Assembly (NCBI GenBank): GCA_951406725.2
Contig: OX597833.1
Location: forward strand, 2,294,001-2,358,000
Reading direction: 5' to 3'
Source of the DNA: Octopus vulgaris
Lineage: Eukaryota
Length of the DNA: 64,000 nucleotides
Part shown: positions 27,131 to 42,754 of the stretch, piece by piece
Layout: every line of letters starts with the position of its first letter
Position numbering within the stretch: position 1 is the first letter of the stretch
Notes under the pieces: generated by a model
What the model saw: the letters and a program-made list of their open reading frames with translations, nothing else
Told to the model about the DNA's origin: nothing
The model's database searches: none
Program-made: the position numbers and the translations under genes

Positions 27131-27501
27131 TGTGCTGGCCATAAAATGTAATGTGGTGACAATAATGGCATTACCAGAAGTAATTCTTTCTACTATAGGC
27201 ACAAATCCTGAAATTGTGGCGGGATCGGGGTACTCGATTTTATCCACCCCAGTGCTTAACCTGTTGACTGAATTATATATAAAGCTACAGGCTTTATTTA
27301 GTTCATTCAGAGTTTCTTGTCTTAGGTACATGTCGTTGACAAGAGTCAAGAAACTCGAAACATCGATGTCTGAGATTCCTCAAAGATGGCGACACTGAAC
27401 GAACTGGGTGTTTTCAAACCTTTATACCGTATGAGAGATTTTTTTCTCCTCGACATATTTCAACTAACCTAAGTTGTGCTCATACATAAACACTTGTTAT
27501 A

Positions 27502-27587
<86 letters not shown>

Positions 27588-27598
27588 TAATAATAATA

Positions 27599-27684
<86 letters not shown>

Positions 27685-27737
27685 TTACAATAATAAAATA
27701 TCTTCGCGTGGAGATAAGTTGATAGATAGATAGATAA

Positions 27738-27823
<86 letters not shown>

Positions 27824-29100
27824 GGACGGACGAACGGACAATCAGACAGAAAGATAGACAGAAGGATAGACAGGTAATAGTTAGGTAGAGAGATAAAGAG
27901 ACAGATCGAGGTCCCATTTCTGTAGTTTTTCTTAATGAAACACTACAGAAGAAGGGAAATAAAGACATTGCCAACAACGCTAGACTAAAGCTCTACAAAT
28001 ATTTCTTTAGAAAACAAAATAGTATTTTAGTCAATCATGGCGGAGAATAGATTTTTCGATTGAATAAACTTCGTTTTTGGAGCTTCCATACATAAGACGT
28101 CTTTCGAATGTATATTTAGGCTACACACTTGTTTGAGAAACAAGCATACATTTGCATCAAACCTGTTAAAATTGTCTCTGTAAAAATATTGCAACTCTTA
28201 TCATAATACAAGCAAAATTAAGGCTGACTCCATAAAACATGTTATAAACGAAAGTAAACATTCATTTTTATAACTTCTTTAATAAAAACTCCATTCGATA
28301 AATACTTACTTTACTCTCTTGGACGTTGAGCTAAGGTAAAGGTATGTAGCCTAGTCGTTAGGGGTATTGGGCTAACGATCATAAAAACGCGGTGTTCAAT
28401 CCTTGCAGCTGGTAACAACTTGTGGATTCTGCAAAGGAATTCTCCTCATTTTACGGAGCACCACTCAACAAGTACCACCCAGGTGCTGGTGCACCCCTTC
28501 TCTCTCTAAATATAAAATCCTAGTTGATAAGCTAAATTAATAGGTGCAAAGTCCGAGGGCGTTTTTTTATGCCTCTCCTGATTATATAGTCACCTAAAAC
28601 CAACTAGTAAAATTATTATACATTTTTCCATGTAGTATTCGACTGCAAATGACGTCTATCTTCCTACGTTTTATCGCAAAGAACAAAATGACGATTCTTT
28701 AAAAAAAAACACAAGCATATTTAAAAGTTTTATTTTTATAAAAGCAAAGCAGGTTTAAGTTACTGAATCACTTCATCATAAGCTGAAATATAAGAACTGA
28801 ATATCTCCATCTACCTCCCAGCTTAACTCTCTTAGCCGTTTCTAAATAGTTACGCAATTATTGATGTTTAGTAACCTGGTGTACTTTAGGCGTTGGTATA
28901 TGGTTTCCATGACAACCGTTCCCAAAGAATCGGAATAATAATTTTAATAAACTTCGATTATGGCAGTCAGGGAATAGAATTACAGGCAATATAAATAACT
29001 ATACATTTGCTTAGTGATTCTTAATATATCGAAACACTATCGCCTTAACTTTCAAATCGTCTTCTCCACTTCGCTCTCTATACCCACCCATTTATGGGTG

Positions 29101-29140
<40 letters not shown>

Positions 29141-29185
29141 TATACATATATATATACATATATATATATATATTTATATATATAT

Positions 29186-29277
<92 letters not shown>

Positions 29278-29426
29278 GTGTGTATGTATATTCTCACACA
29301 TACGTATATATGTGCAATATACGTATACATGGGTGTGTGTGTGTGTGTGTGTGTGTATTTATCTACGTATTTTTAAAATATACACATGCATACCAACTAT
29401 GTACATATCTGCAATATGTTTGTGTA

Positions 29427-29514
<88 letters not shown>

Positions 29515-29878
29515 TATATATATATGCATACATATACATATATATATAAGTATATATATATATATGTATGTAAGTATGTATGTAAGTATGTATGTGTGTA
29601 TGTGTATGTATAACTAATAACCACTAGTAATATTAATATTAGCGGTACTACGACACCTAAAACCGGTAAACGATTTGCATCAATTCAGCAGCAGAGCAGA
29701 AGATGCTATCCGCCCGGTGAAACATTATCTCCTGTGCAAAGTTCAACCAAGGTCATCGACGCGAGCAAACATTTTATCACACATAGAGAACATTACTTAC
29801 AGGCATTGCAATGGTATATGTTTACATCTGAGATAGTTTCATTTTATGAACATCAAGTAAGACATATACGTATATATA

Positions 29879-29885
<7 letters not shown>

Positions 29886-29914
<29 letters not shown>

Positions 29915-30011
29915 TGTATGTATGTATGTATGTATGTATGTATGTATGTGTATAAATATATATATATATAGATATAGATATATGTATATATATATATATA
30001 AATTATGGATA

Positions 30012-30047
<36 letters not shown>

Positions 30048-30113
30048 TGTATGTATGTATGTATGTATGTATGTATGAATGTATGTACGTGTGTATGTAT
30101 GTGTGTATGTATG

Positions 30114-30147
<34 letters not shown>

Positions 30148-30215
30148 TGTATGTGTGTGTATGTATGAATGTATGTATGTATGTATATATGCATGTATGT
30201 ATATATGTATGTATG

Positions 30216-30249
<34 letters not shown>

Positions 30250-30383
30250 TGTATGTATGTATGTATGTATGTATGAATGTATGTATGTGTGTATGTATGT
30301 ATGTATGCATGTATGTATGTATGTACGTATGTATGTATGCATGTATGTATGTATGTACGTATGTATGTATGTATGTATGTATG

Positions 30384-30417
<34 letters not shown>

Positions 30418-30610
30418 TGTATGTATGTATGCATGCATGTATGTATGTATGTATGTATGTATGTATGTATGTATGTATGTATGTATGTATGTATGTATGT
30501 ATGTATGTATGTATGTATGTATGTATGTATGTATGTATGTATGTATGTATGTATGTTATATGATATATATATAGTATGTATATGTATATATATATATATA
30601 AATGTATGTA

Positions 30611-30646
<36 letters not shown>

Positions 30647-30712
30647 TGTATGTATGTATGTATGTATGTATGTATGTATGTATGTACGTATGTATGTATG
30701 TGTGTATGTATG

Positions 30713-30746
<34 letters not shown>

Positions 30747-30977
30747 TGTATGTATGTGTATGTATGTATGTATGTATGTATGTATGTATGTATGTATGTA
30801 TGTATGTATGTATGTATATGCATGTATGTATGTATGTATGTATGTATGTATGTATGTATGTATGTATGTATGTATGAATGTATGTATGTGTGTATGTATG
30901 TATGTATGCATGTATGTATGTATGTACGTATGTATGTATGCATGTATGTATGTATGTATGTATGTAGTATGTATGTA

Positions 30978-31008
<31 letters not shown>

Positions 31009-31298
31009 TGTATGTATGCATGCATGTATGTATGTATGTATGTATGTATGTATGTATGTATGTATGTATGTATGTATGTATGTATGTATGTATGTATGTA
31101 TGTATGTATGTATGTATGTATGTATGTATGTATGTATGTATGTATGTATGTATGTATGTATGTATGTATGTATGTATGTATGTATGTATGTATGTATGTA
31201 TGTATGTATGTATGTATGTATGTATGTATGTATGTATGTATGTATGTATGTATGTATGTATGTATGTATGTATGTATGTATGTATGCATGTATGTATG

Positions 31299-31332
<34 letters not shown>

Positions 31333-31825
31333 TGTATGTATGTATGTATGTATGTATGTATGTATGTATGTATGTATGTATGTATGTATGTATGTATGAA
31401 TGCATGTCTTTATGAATGAATGTATGCCATTGTTCAGTTATGTTTCAAGATTTCTTGCCAAAATAGAAAGAACTGGTTTCTAACCTAAATCCAAGACTCC
31501 TTCATTGGAATTTCAACATCAGCAACAGTGTATTTTTGTATGTATGTATGTACGTATGTATGTATGTATGTATGTATGTATGTATGTATGTATGTATGTA
31601 TGTATGTATGTATGTATGTATGTATTCATGTATGTATGCATGTATGTATGTATGTATGTATGTATGTATGTATGTATGTATGTATGTATGTATGTATGTA
31701 TGTATGTATGTATGTATGTATGTATGTATGTATGTATGTATGTATGTATGTATGTATGTATGTATGATGTATATATGTATGTATGTATGTATACATGTAT
31801 GTATGTATGTATGTATGTATGTATG

Positions 31826-31859
<34 letters not shown>

Positions 31860-31869
31860 TGTATGTATG

Positions 31870-31940
<71 letters not shown>

Positions 31941-32130
31941 GTGTATGTATGTATGTATGTATGTATGTATGTATGTATGTATGTATGTATGTATGTATGT
32001 ATGTATGTATGTATGTATGTATGATGTATGTATATACGCATGTATGAATGAATGAACCTATTTATGTATGTATGTATGTATGTATCTATGTATCTATGTA
32101 TGTATGTATGTATGTATGTATGTATGTATG

Positions 32131-32164
<34 letters not shown>

Positions 32165-32166
32165 TG

Positions 32167-32197
<31 letters not shown>

Positions 32198-32355
32198 GTA
32201 TGTATGTATGTATATATGTATGTATGTATGTATGTATACATGTATGTATGTATGTATGTATGTATGTATGTATGTATGTATGTATGTATGTATGTATGTA
32301 TGTATGTATGTATGTATGTATGTATGTATGCATGTATGTATGTGTGTATGTATGT
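29886..32355. repeat. ~2.5 kb (TATG)n array with short (TA)n and unique interruptions
   Basis: Direct observation. It is the source of the longest spurious ORFs. Confidence 0.97.
31426..31537 (-). mobile_element. Extreme 3' end of a (TACA)n-associated retroelement embedded in the TATG array
   Basis: The reverse complement CTGTTGCTGATGTTGAAATTCCAATGAAGGAGTCTTGGATTTAGGTTAGAAACCAG..CAAGAAATCTTGAAACATAACTGAACAATG matches 47755-47850 and resembles the 3' UTR at 58350-58440. Confidence 0.7.
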
Positions 32356-32607
32356 ATTATGTAAGTGCATTCATGTGCGCATAACTATGTGTGTATATAC
32401 GAGTATATAATATGCAATCATTTCACATTGCGAATTAGATGTTGGAAAATATTGGTGTAAAAGTGGCTTTCAAATTCGTTTTCCCTCTTAATATGTGTAT
32501 AGTCACATACATATAATATGTGGGTATCTGTGTGTGTCTGTGTGCATACGCATTATACGCATGTACATATGCTTGTGTGTTCATATATATAAATATATAT
32601 ATATATA

Positions 32608-32638
<31 letters not shown>

Positions 32639-32673
32639 GTATGTATGTATATATATATATAAATATATGTATG

Positions 32674-32735
<62 letters not shown>

Positions 32736-32786
32736 TTGCATAGATAGATACATATATATAAATATGTAAGTTTATATATATGTGTA

Positions 32787-32823
<37 letters not shown>

Positions 32824-33039
32824 AGGGAGGGAGGGGAAGAGGAGGAGAGAGACAATTGAGGGAGTATAAGCTTAAATTTGACATAAAGTTTATAATTTAA
32901 CTTATTTTTATTAGCATAAACATCATAAATTCTATAATTACGGAATTAATATTCACATATATTTGATTTGAATTGATTTAATTTGAATTAATTTAATTGA
33001 TTGCTGTACCCCATATATAGAAACATAGACATCTATAAC

Positions 33040-33320
<281 letters not shown>

Positions 33321-33494
33321 TGCACACACATACATTTATATATGACCACATATGTATGTATGTGTATATATATATATTGTTTATAGAGTGAGAGAGGGGC
33401 AGAGGAGGGTAGAAAGAGAATCTACTGAATATAAGTTTATAATTTTACAGTTTTTCATTACCATAAACATAAATTCCATAATTTAGTTATTAAG

Positions 33495-33530
<36 letters not shown>

Positions 33531-33699
33531 TTAAAATTAATTTAAATCGAATTAATTTAATTTATATTCGTACTTCATACACTGAAATACGGATATGTAT
33601 ATACATAGATGCATGTATTTATATATATATATGTGTGTGTTTGTGTTTGTGTGTGTGTTTTTGTGTGTGTTTGTGTGTGTATATATGCATGTATGTATG

Positions 33700-33806
<107 letters not shown>

Positions 33807-33991
33807 TATATTCTCTATACACACATACTCGCATACACATATATATGTATGTGTGTATATATATATAGAAGACTTGTACAAATGTTATATATTTATACAC
33901 ACGCACAATACTATGTCGAGTTATATTTATACTGAATTTCCTTATTAAACTGGTTGATTACACAATCGAATTCATATATTTCAACGTTTAC

Positions 33992-34101
33992 AGGGAAAAT
34001 ATCTATAGTGACTTCCAAGTTTCGGCTTCTTTGCGCTCATCAGAGAATCATATAAACGAGAGGAACCTAAAGCTTCGGTAGTCACCATGAATTTTCTCCC
34101 T
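33992..34101. mobile_element. Imperfect palindrome carrying a decayed hammerhead core (inverted Penelope-like termini)
   Basis: The minus strand reads CTGATGA-GCGCAAAGAAGCC-GAAAC-TTGGAA-GTC. The arms GGGAAAATATCTATAGTGACTTCCAAGTTT and AAAGCTTCGGTAGTCACCATGAATTTTCTCCC are imperfect inverted repeats. Confidence 0.5.
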
Positions 34102-34355
34102 CGGAAATTTCAGACGGGGGATGTGCGGTACGCAACCCACAACATCGCCAGATATATCGCAGTGAACACACTGACAGAGGTGCAGAATAACTGCAACCAC
34201 AATTCCTAATCGTCCCATTATATGTCAATTTGTTGTTTGGATCTCAACTGAAGCGCGACTAAATAAAGAGTTTTTTCTTCCAATATAGTGGTTTCGTTAT
34301 CGCTTTTCAAATACGAGTTTTGGAAGAATTTATATATTTAATAATAATAATAGTA

Positions 34356-34489
<134 letters not shown>

Positions 34490-34836
34490 CATTATTATTA
34501 TTATTATTATTATTCATTTTGCTCACCATGTACAAATACATGCGTGTATTCGTCCCTATTTTATTTATTTTATTTCAATTTTTTTTAGAATAGAAGCATA
34601 CCTTCCGGAGCGTATTGAACTCATTTTTGCCTGATTGTTAGCCCACACTGCACATACAAATACATACAGCATGCATGCACACACATACATCCATACAAAC
34701 ACATACATCCACATACGTCCACGCACACACGCGCATGTATATACATGTGTACATACACATATATATGTATACATATGCATAAAAAATATACACAGACACA
34801 TATACAACTATACATATGTGTGCTGTGAGTTATTTC

Positions 34837-35315
<479 letters not shown>

Positions 35316-35835
35316 TATATATATATATATATATATGTACAAGCATACAAATGGGTTTGTTTATATAGATACATGTATATATTAACACACACAGCGATTC
35401 TAGTCTTTCGTCTAAAATCCGAGAAATACACAGAAACGTTTATGCAAAAATGGCTGCGCAGCTGAGGCATGTATCAGCACTTGTGAATTTCTAAACAATT
35501 TATTTTTCCTTTTCTTAAATTTTTGCCTTCATTTTTTTTCTCTCTCTCACTCACCCATGTCTCTTAGTTTTATTTCTAAGACCGGGAGAGATTAACTTGT
35601 GATATAACGGCAGTGGTGTCGTTGATAGTGGTGGTGGTGGTGGTATTGGTGTTTATTGGTGGTGAAGACATTGCTTTGGCCAGGCAAAAATAAATTGATA
35701 ACTAACTAAATAAATAAATAAATAAACATGCTTTTAGATTAAACACGAAAGCAATTGAGATCGAGTGATGAAAATGGGCAAGAAACACGGAGCACGGCAT
35801 TAACAATCATGGTGAGAAGTACAAAATTAAATACA

Positions 35836-35903
<68 letters not shown>

Positions 35904-36154
35904 TAATGATAATAAAAAGCAGAAAGCTCGTTTTAGGAACTTGTGAAAACAGAGGTGTGAATTTATAGGCAAGAACAAAATAAACCAGATTTATCCATCT
36001 TAAATATCTGTCAGACTAGAATGTGTTTATGGTAAAGGATATACACACTGCACGTTCTGTGCTTCGCACTTTTTCCCGCTCGTCGTGTATGTATGTATAC
36101 AGGAGGTGTTGTATGTTTTTATGTATATATATACATATACATACATACGTAAAC

Positions 36155-36195
<41 letters not shown>

Positions 36196-36218
36196 CACAT
36201 ATATATATACATATGTGT

Positions 36219-36253
<35 letters not shown>

Positions 36254-36667
36254 AACACACGTATGCTCACACATATTTATATATATATACACATGTAGAG
36301 CGATTTTATCACATTTCATCAGTTTTTACGAAATGCGGATGTGTGTTTCACTGTTTGTGAGTGCGTTTTTTTTAGATTTACTTTTGCGTATTTCGCTCTT
36401 AATCTATCTCTCACTCTCCCCACTTAATTTTCTATAAAGACGTATCTGTATGTATGTCTATTCTGTGCTTGTGTGTGCTTGCGTCTATTTGTGCCTGTGT
36501 CTGAATGTATGTCTGTGTGTCTGTACGTTTCTTTGGTGGAGATTATACACTTATCTGTATGTATCCAACATCCATACATACATGAATATATGCATATACG
36601 TATACAAATATACATTACGCACACACACACATATTTGTGTGTGCGTGAGTGTCAGTTTCTGTATGTA

Positions 36668-36704
<37 letters not shown>

Positions 36705-36774
36705 ATTGCATACACGTAGATTTACACACACACACGAACGCACACTCACAAGCATACGTACATAGATGCACATA

Positions 36775-36824
<50 letters not shown>

Positions 36825-36835
36825 GCGTGTGTGTT

Positions 36836-37030
36836 TCTTTTACATGTTTCAGTCATTTGACTGCGGCCATGCTGGAGCACCGCCTTTAGTCGACCCTAGG
36901 AGTTTTTCTTTGTAAGCCTAGTATTTATTCTATCGGTCGCTTTTGCCGAACCGCTACGTTACGGGGTCATAAACACACCAGCATCGGTTGTCAAGTGATG
37001 TTGGGCGTACAAACACAGACACACAAACAT
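36836..37030 (-). mobile_element. 3' half of SINE family B
   Basis: TTTCAGTCATTTGACTGCGGCCATGCTGGAGCACCGCC. Confidence 0.85.
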
Positions 37031-37045
37031 ACCTACACACACACG

Positions 37046-37108
<63 letters not shown>

Positions 37109-37311
37109 CAAGCACTTTACTTCTGTGTCATAATGCTTAATTTTTCTTCCACCGTCTCTTCTTCCGCTTCCTCAATCTCCTAGCCACATCTTTTCCGTTA
37201 TTATAATCACCCCTCCTACACAAAGTCGTCTTTTATCCTCTTCCTACTTTCACCACTTCTGCTATAATTCGATAATACACACTCAGAAAAGAAATGAATT
37301 AAAACAAACAA

Positions 37312-37415
<104 letters not shown>

Positions 37416-37767
37416 GTTTTTATGCGTGCGTGTGAGTATTTATATTTATATATATGTATATGTACGAAAGTGATAACTAATAAAACAACTAAGTAAAAAA
37501 GAAAATAGCAACAACAGTAATAACTACGACAACATTAACGAGGCAAATAAATACATTGAGAGATACACAGGCGCAAAGACACATATTTGATAAAACAATG
37601 TCTAAATATAAAGCAAAAAAAAACAAAAACGAAAAGATAAATAAGGATAATATAAAGAAGGCCTCCGAACAGAATGAAACCGCTTCCCAACCTACATACG
37701 TACATACCCTGCAGCCTATTTTCTTAATAGTAAAAGCCAAAAATAAAATAAAATTGAAAAAAACATG

Positions 37768-37913
<146 letters not shown>

Positions 37914-38789
37914 TAATAATAATAAGTGTAATAGCAGTAATCATTATAAAAATAAGTGATAAGAGGAAGAGGGGAGGAGAAGTAGGAGTAAGAGATGGTA
38001 CTGAGAGAGGAAGGAAGGTAATTTTTTTTTTGTTTTGAAAAAATAGAAGAATAATGAAGAAAAAACAGAAATAGAAACAAAATAATATTTTTTAAAAATC
38101 TCACCACACGAAATAGAAAGCAGAAATCGAGCGCAAAAATACCAAACAACCGACAGATAGTAAAACTTACATATACATGTACGCGTATATATATATATAT
38201 ATATATATATAAACGTAGATAGAGAGAAAGAGAGAGGCATATATATATACATATAATGTGTATGTATATGTATGTTTGTGTGTGTCTGTGAGTATAGCTA
38301 AATAAAAATAGAAAAATAAAGATATATATGCTTGTCAGTTATCATCACTAACACTAGGTTCACTATGTAACTTTGAAGAATTGGTGTGTGGGGGATTAGA
38401 AAGCGAAGAAAAAAAGAAGAGAGACTTTGGAATGTTGCTATATACATCATCAATACAAGCTCTTGTTTCTTCAAAACATTATCCTCGCTCAGACGTTCTT
38501 TCCGTTTATCTTTTCATTTTAGTTCATCATGGTTTTTTTTATATAATGTTTTGCTAATTATATTATTTTATTTTTATATTTAGTTCTTTATTTAAATTGT
38601 TTGTTTACCTATTTAAACATAGTATAGTGTTGGTATTGTATCATGAATTACTGGTTGTTGTTGCTGTTGTTGCTTCTTTGCTCGGTGATGATAGTTTATT
38701 TGCTAGTAAGCCCTATTGGTTAAGCCCTATGGTGATAAGTGATGTTACAATTGCAACAAACCCGTCTATTATGAGGTATTGCATATTGG

Positions 38790-39337
38790 GGCAGAGTTGC
38801 CAGGCGGTAGAATCATTAACGGTATTTTGTCCGAATTTACGTTCTACTTTCAAATTCCGTTGTGGCCTATTTTGTTTTTCGTTCTTTGAGGGTCGATGAA
38901 TTAATGTAGTAGACGAGCAGGGTGGTGCATGTTATCGAATAGCCCCCTACGCCACAAAAACTAAAGCCCTTGTTCGAATTTCGTCGTGGCCGTCTTTGCC
39001 TTGCCTCCTTTCATGTTCGCTGAAATAATGCCCCAATCGAGGGCTAGCAACCATGTAATCTATTAACCACTATGCCACAAAATCTGCTGTGTCTGTGCAG
39101 AATCGTTACTCTGCTGGAAAAATTGCTTAGCAGTATTTCTTTTCTGCTTTACGTCCTGCGTTCGAATTCCGCGGTGGCCGACTTTCCCTCTCATCCTTTC
39201 AGGGGCTTATGAAATGATCTACAAGACGAGCACTGGCATCCATGTACTTGATTAGTCCCACACCATCACCACCACCACCACCACAACCACCTCCACAATC
39301 ATCCAAAACTTCACGCCTTTTGCTTATAGTAGAAAGA

Positions 39338-39388
<51 letters not shown>

Positions 39389-39620
39389 TTTATTACTACT
39401 ACAACTACTACTACCACCACCACCACCACCACCAACACTACTACTACTACTAAAGGCGGACGAATTGTTTCGCCCCCGTCGCTCCGTTCTGAGTTCAAAA
39501 TCAGCGGAGGTCGACTTTGCCTTTCATCGATTAATTAATTACCAGTTGCGTACTGGGAGCGATCGAATCAACAGCCCCTCCTCCCCCCAATTTCAGGCCT
39601 TGTGCCTATAGTAGAAAGGA
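38790..39620 (+). mobile_element. Cluster of three or four variably decayed Nin-domain SINEs (family A)
   Basis: Repeated TTC.AATTCC..GTGG.CGACTTT.CCT.TCATCCTTTC motifs. The youngest copy is at 39453-39620. Confidence 0.7.
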
Positions 39621-39728
39621 TTACTGTTATTGATTTGGTGATTATTGAGAGCAACCCCTTCTATGCAATTGCACTCAGCTGAGATTATAGGTCCTGGGGC
39701 CGAAGAAAAATAAAATATCGAGGTAGGA

Positions 39729-39794
<66 letters not shown>

Positions 39795-40334
39795 CTCTTG
39801 TATTTCGCAGGCGATGAGCATCATCAATATCTGTGCCAAAATCTAAAATATTTTTGATTCATGTTGTGGCTTTCATTCCATTCTTCCCTTGTGCTTTATA
39901 GTAAAGGATAGCAAAGCAACTTCACAGAATTATGAAACATACTGAGACCGAAGTTTGTAGCTGTTGTGGCTTGCATCCCGTTCAATGCCTCTGCCTGTTT
40001 ATAAAGTATACTAGTAATTTCTGAACGATGCCTGCAGAGAATTATACACGATGGTTCGTGTTTCAATGAGCCGTTCAGATTTCAAAACCGCAAAGTGTTT
40101 AATCAACATTGCCCTGGAGCCAAATAAATTGTGAAATTAAGTTAATATAGAAATCATTATCTGAATTCTTAATCTTTTTAAAAAATTCTTTGTATATTTG
40201 CTCTTCTTGTTTGTTTGATTTTGGCTTTGAGGGACTGCGTTTTCTTATGATTGTCTTGTTTGCATTATTGGCTCACGTGATTATCCGCCCTTAGTTTTAT
40301 GTCCCACGGTATAAGCATTACCCAATGGAACCGA

Positions 40335-40658
40335 TGGCCCTCCGTCGGTTACGACGACGAGTGAACCAGTTGATTCGATCAATGGAGTAGCCTGCAGGTG
40401 ATATTAACGTGCAAGTGGCTGAGTACTGCACAGACACGTGCGACCTTAACGTAGTTCTCAGGGAGATTCAACGTGACGGGGAATGTGACAAGGCTGGCCG
40501 CTTTCAATTACAGGTACTACTCATTTTTGCCAGGTGATTGAACTGGAGCAATGTGAAATAAATTGTCTTGCTGAAGAAGACAACAGACGCCCTGGAATCG
40601 AACTCACGACCTTGGAATCGTGAGCCCAACACCCTAACCACTAAGCTACGTGCCTTCA
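40335..40658 (-). mobile_element. tRNA SINE family D (head variant 1)
   Basis: Tail CCGTCGGTTACGACGACGAG..CTTAACGTAGTTCTC and head ..CCCTAACCACTAAGCTACGTGCCTTC. Confidence 0.82.
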
Positions 40659-40701
40659 GTCAACAGAATCGTTAAAGCTAAAATATAGATGGCAGTGGAG
40701 T

Positions 40702-40766
<65 letters not shown>

Positions 40767-40767
<1 letters not shown>

Positions 40768-41177
40768 GTCCAAAATTTTTGGGGAGGGGGCCAGTCGATT
40801 AGATTGACCCCAGTACGCAACAGGTACTTAATCTATCGACCCCGAAAGGCTGAAAGGCAAAGTCGATCTCGGCGGAATTTTAGCTCAGAAAGTTAAGACT
40901 AACGAAATCCTGCTAAGCATTTCGCCCGGCGTGCTAACCATTCTGCCAGCTCACCGCCTTTTTAATAATAATCTTTTCTATTCTAGGCACAAGGTCCGAA
41001 ATTTGGGGGGAGGGCCTGTCGATTAGATCGATCCCAGTACGCAACTGGTACATTATTTATCGACCCTGAAAAGCTGAAAGGCAAAGTGGACCTCGGTGGA
41101 ATTCAAGCTCAGAACGTACAGACAGATGAAATAGCGTTAAACATTTCACCCAGCGTGCTAACGTTTCTGCCAGCTTT
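40767..41177 (-). mobile_element. Two tandem Nin-domain SINEs (family A) next to (TAG)n
   Basis: Two copies of ATCGACCC.GAAA.GCTGAAAGGCAAAGT.GA.CTCGG.GGAATT. Confidence 0.87.
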
Positions 41178-41485
41178 ATAATCGTAGTCTGTTCCATCTG
41201 AAGGATATTTATACAAAATGCCATTAGACAGTATCCATTTTTCTGAAAGGTATTCCTAGAAACTTCCATTGATTAATATCCATTTAGTGACAAGTTATGC
41301 GAAAACAAATTCAAGGAGACACAATTCTGTAGTTATGCCCTAAATTTACAGAGTAAGTGAGTGTTATTGAACGAATAAAGGATTTAAAGGAAATGTAAAT
41401 AGAACATACGAAAATTACAAAACTTGGAAATCAGATGTGTAAAGGTATGGTTTACCAAGCGAGCAGAAAACCGTTTTTCTCCTAA

Positions 41486-41868
41486 TCTCTCTCTATATAA
41501 ACGGCAGTTTGTCTGTGCGTGTTTCTGTGTGTCTGTTTGCTTGTACCCTCACCCTGACCACGGCTTTCAACCGATTCTGATGAAACTTGACACACACATA
41601 GCCCAATGTCATAATTCAAAACTAACGTAGCGAAAATTTTGAAAAGTTCCCCCACTTCTGAAAAAAATCGATAAATTCGACATGGGGTCGAGAATCAGAA
41701 ACACAAACCGCAAACTGTCTAGGGGACGCAACTCCACCTTTTTTCACTCAAAAAAATTTACCATCATTTTTCCCCATTTTTTTGCTATTTTTTGGCTATA
41801 TAACTCTCTAAAAATGCTTTATAGTTATTTCCCTTACAAACCTGAGCAACGCCGGGCGATACTGCTAG
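41486..41868 (+). mobile_element. Non-autonomous Helitron (383 bp)
   Basis: 5' TC start (TCTCTCTCTATATAAA), subterminal GC-rich hairpin CCTGAGCAACGCCGGG (41841-56) and 3' CTAG. Inserted between A41485 and T41869 with no TSD. Confidence 0.85.
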
Positions 41869-41968
41869 TATAATATAACTGTCTAAGTACATAATACCCC
41901 CTGTGTGTGTATGTGTGTGTGTGTTTCTGTCTGTGTGTATGTATGTGTGTGTGTGTTGTGTGTGTTTC

Positions 41969-42005
<37 letters not shown>

Positions 42006-42141
42006 CTGTGTGTGTCTGTGTGAATATATTAAATTTTCAACATTTAATTCATAATTGTTAATCCGACAAAAGGCATTTTGTTTCGCCTACGGCTCTTCAA
42101 TAATTCTTATCCAATATACTTAATTCTTATGTGTATGTATG

Positions 42142-42218
<77 letters not shown>

Positions 42219-42506
42219 GTGTATGTATGGATGCTTAGTAGTTATAACCAGGGTAGGTAGAACTCAGTATTGTATGTATGCGTGTGTGCGTATGTGTGTA
42301 TGTGTCTCTGTATGTGGGTTTTATCATGATTGTTATTGTTGTTGTTGTTTTTGCTGTTTCTGTTGTTGTTCTGATCATTATTCTAATTTCAGCTTAGTTA
42401 TATCGAATCACATGTATCGCAGGAACAAGAGTTTCGTGCGTTGCATTCAACATATTTTTCTGGTTTTCAAGAGCAAATAAGTAAATTTACAAGTCTATTC
42501 TATCAA

Positions 42507-42559
<53 letters not shown>

Positions 42560-42688
42560 ACTTTATCCATCTATCTATCTATCACTTTATCCATATATAT
42601 ATCTATATATCTATATATAATATATCAATCTATCGATCTATATATATATGTTTCTATATCTCTCTATATATATATATATATATACATT

Positions 42689-42754
<66 letters not shown>

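Noticed and set aside
26080-27349. Gly/Val/Thr-rich ORFs and the plausible-looking peptide at 26924-27349
   Set aside because: This is a degenerate (GGT)n tract with stops, and the complex part of the peptide overlaps a Nin-SINE tail fragment (~27180-27270).
29791-29835. Possible 27-nt micro-exon on the minus strand (CTCAG..GTAAGT), and similar splice-like sites at ~21550, ~51685 and ~54830
   Set aside because: No recognisable protein and no consistent exon chain. Such motifs are expected by chance and would need RNA-seq support.
29822-31419. Long ORFs (up to 527 aa) of YIHT/MYVC repeats, and all similar IY, CV, poly-I/L/N/K/E ORFs in the track
   Set aside because: They are translations of stop-free microsatellites and show no coding signal.
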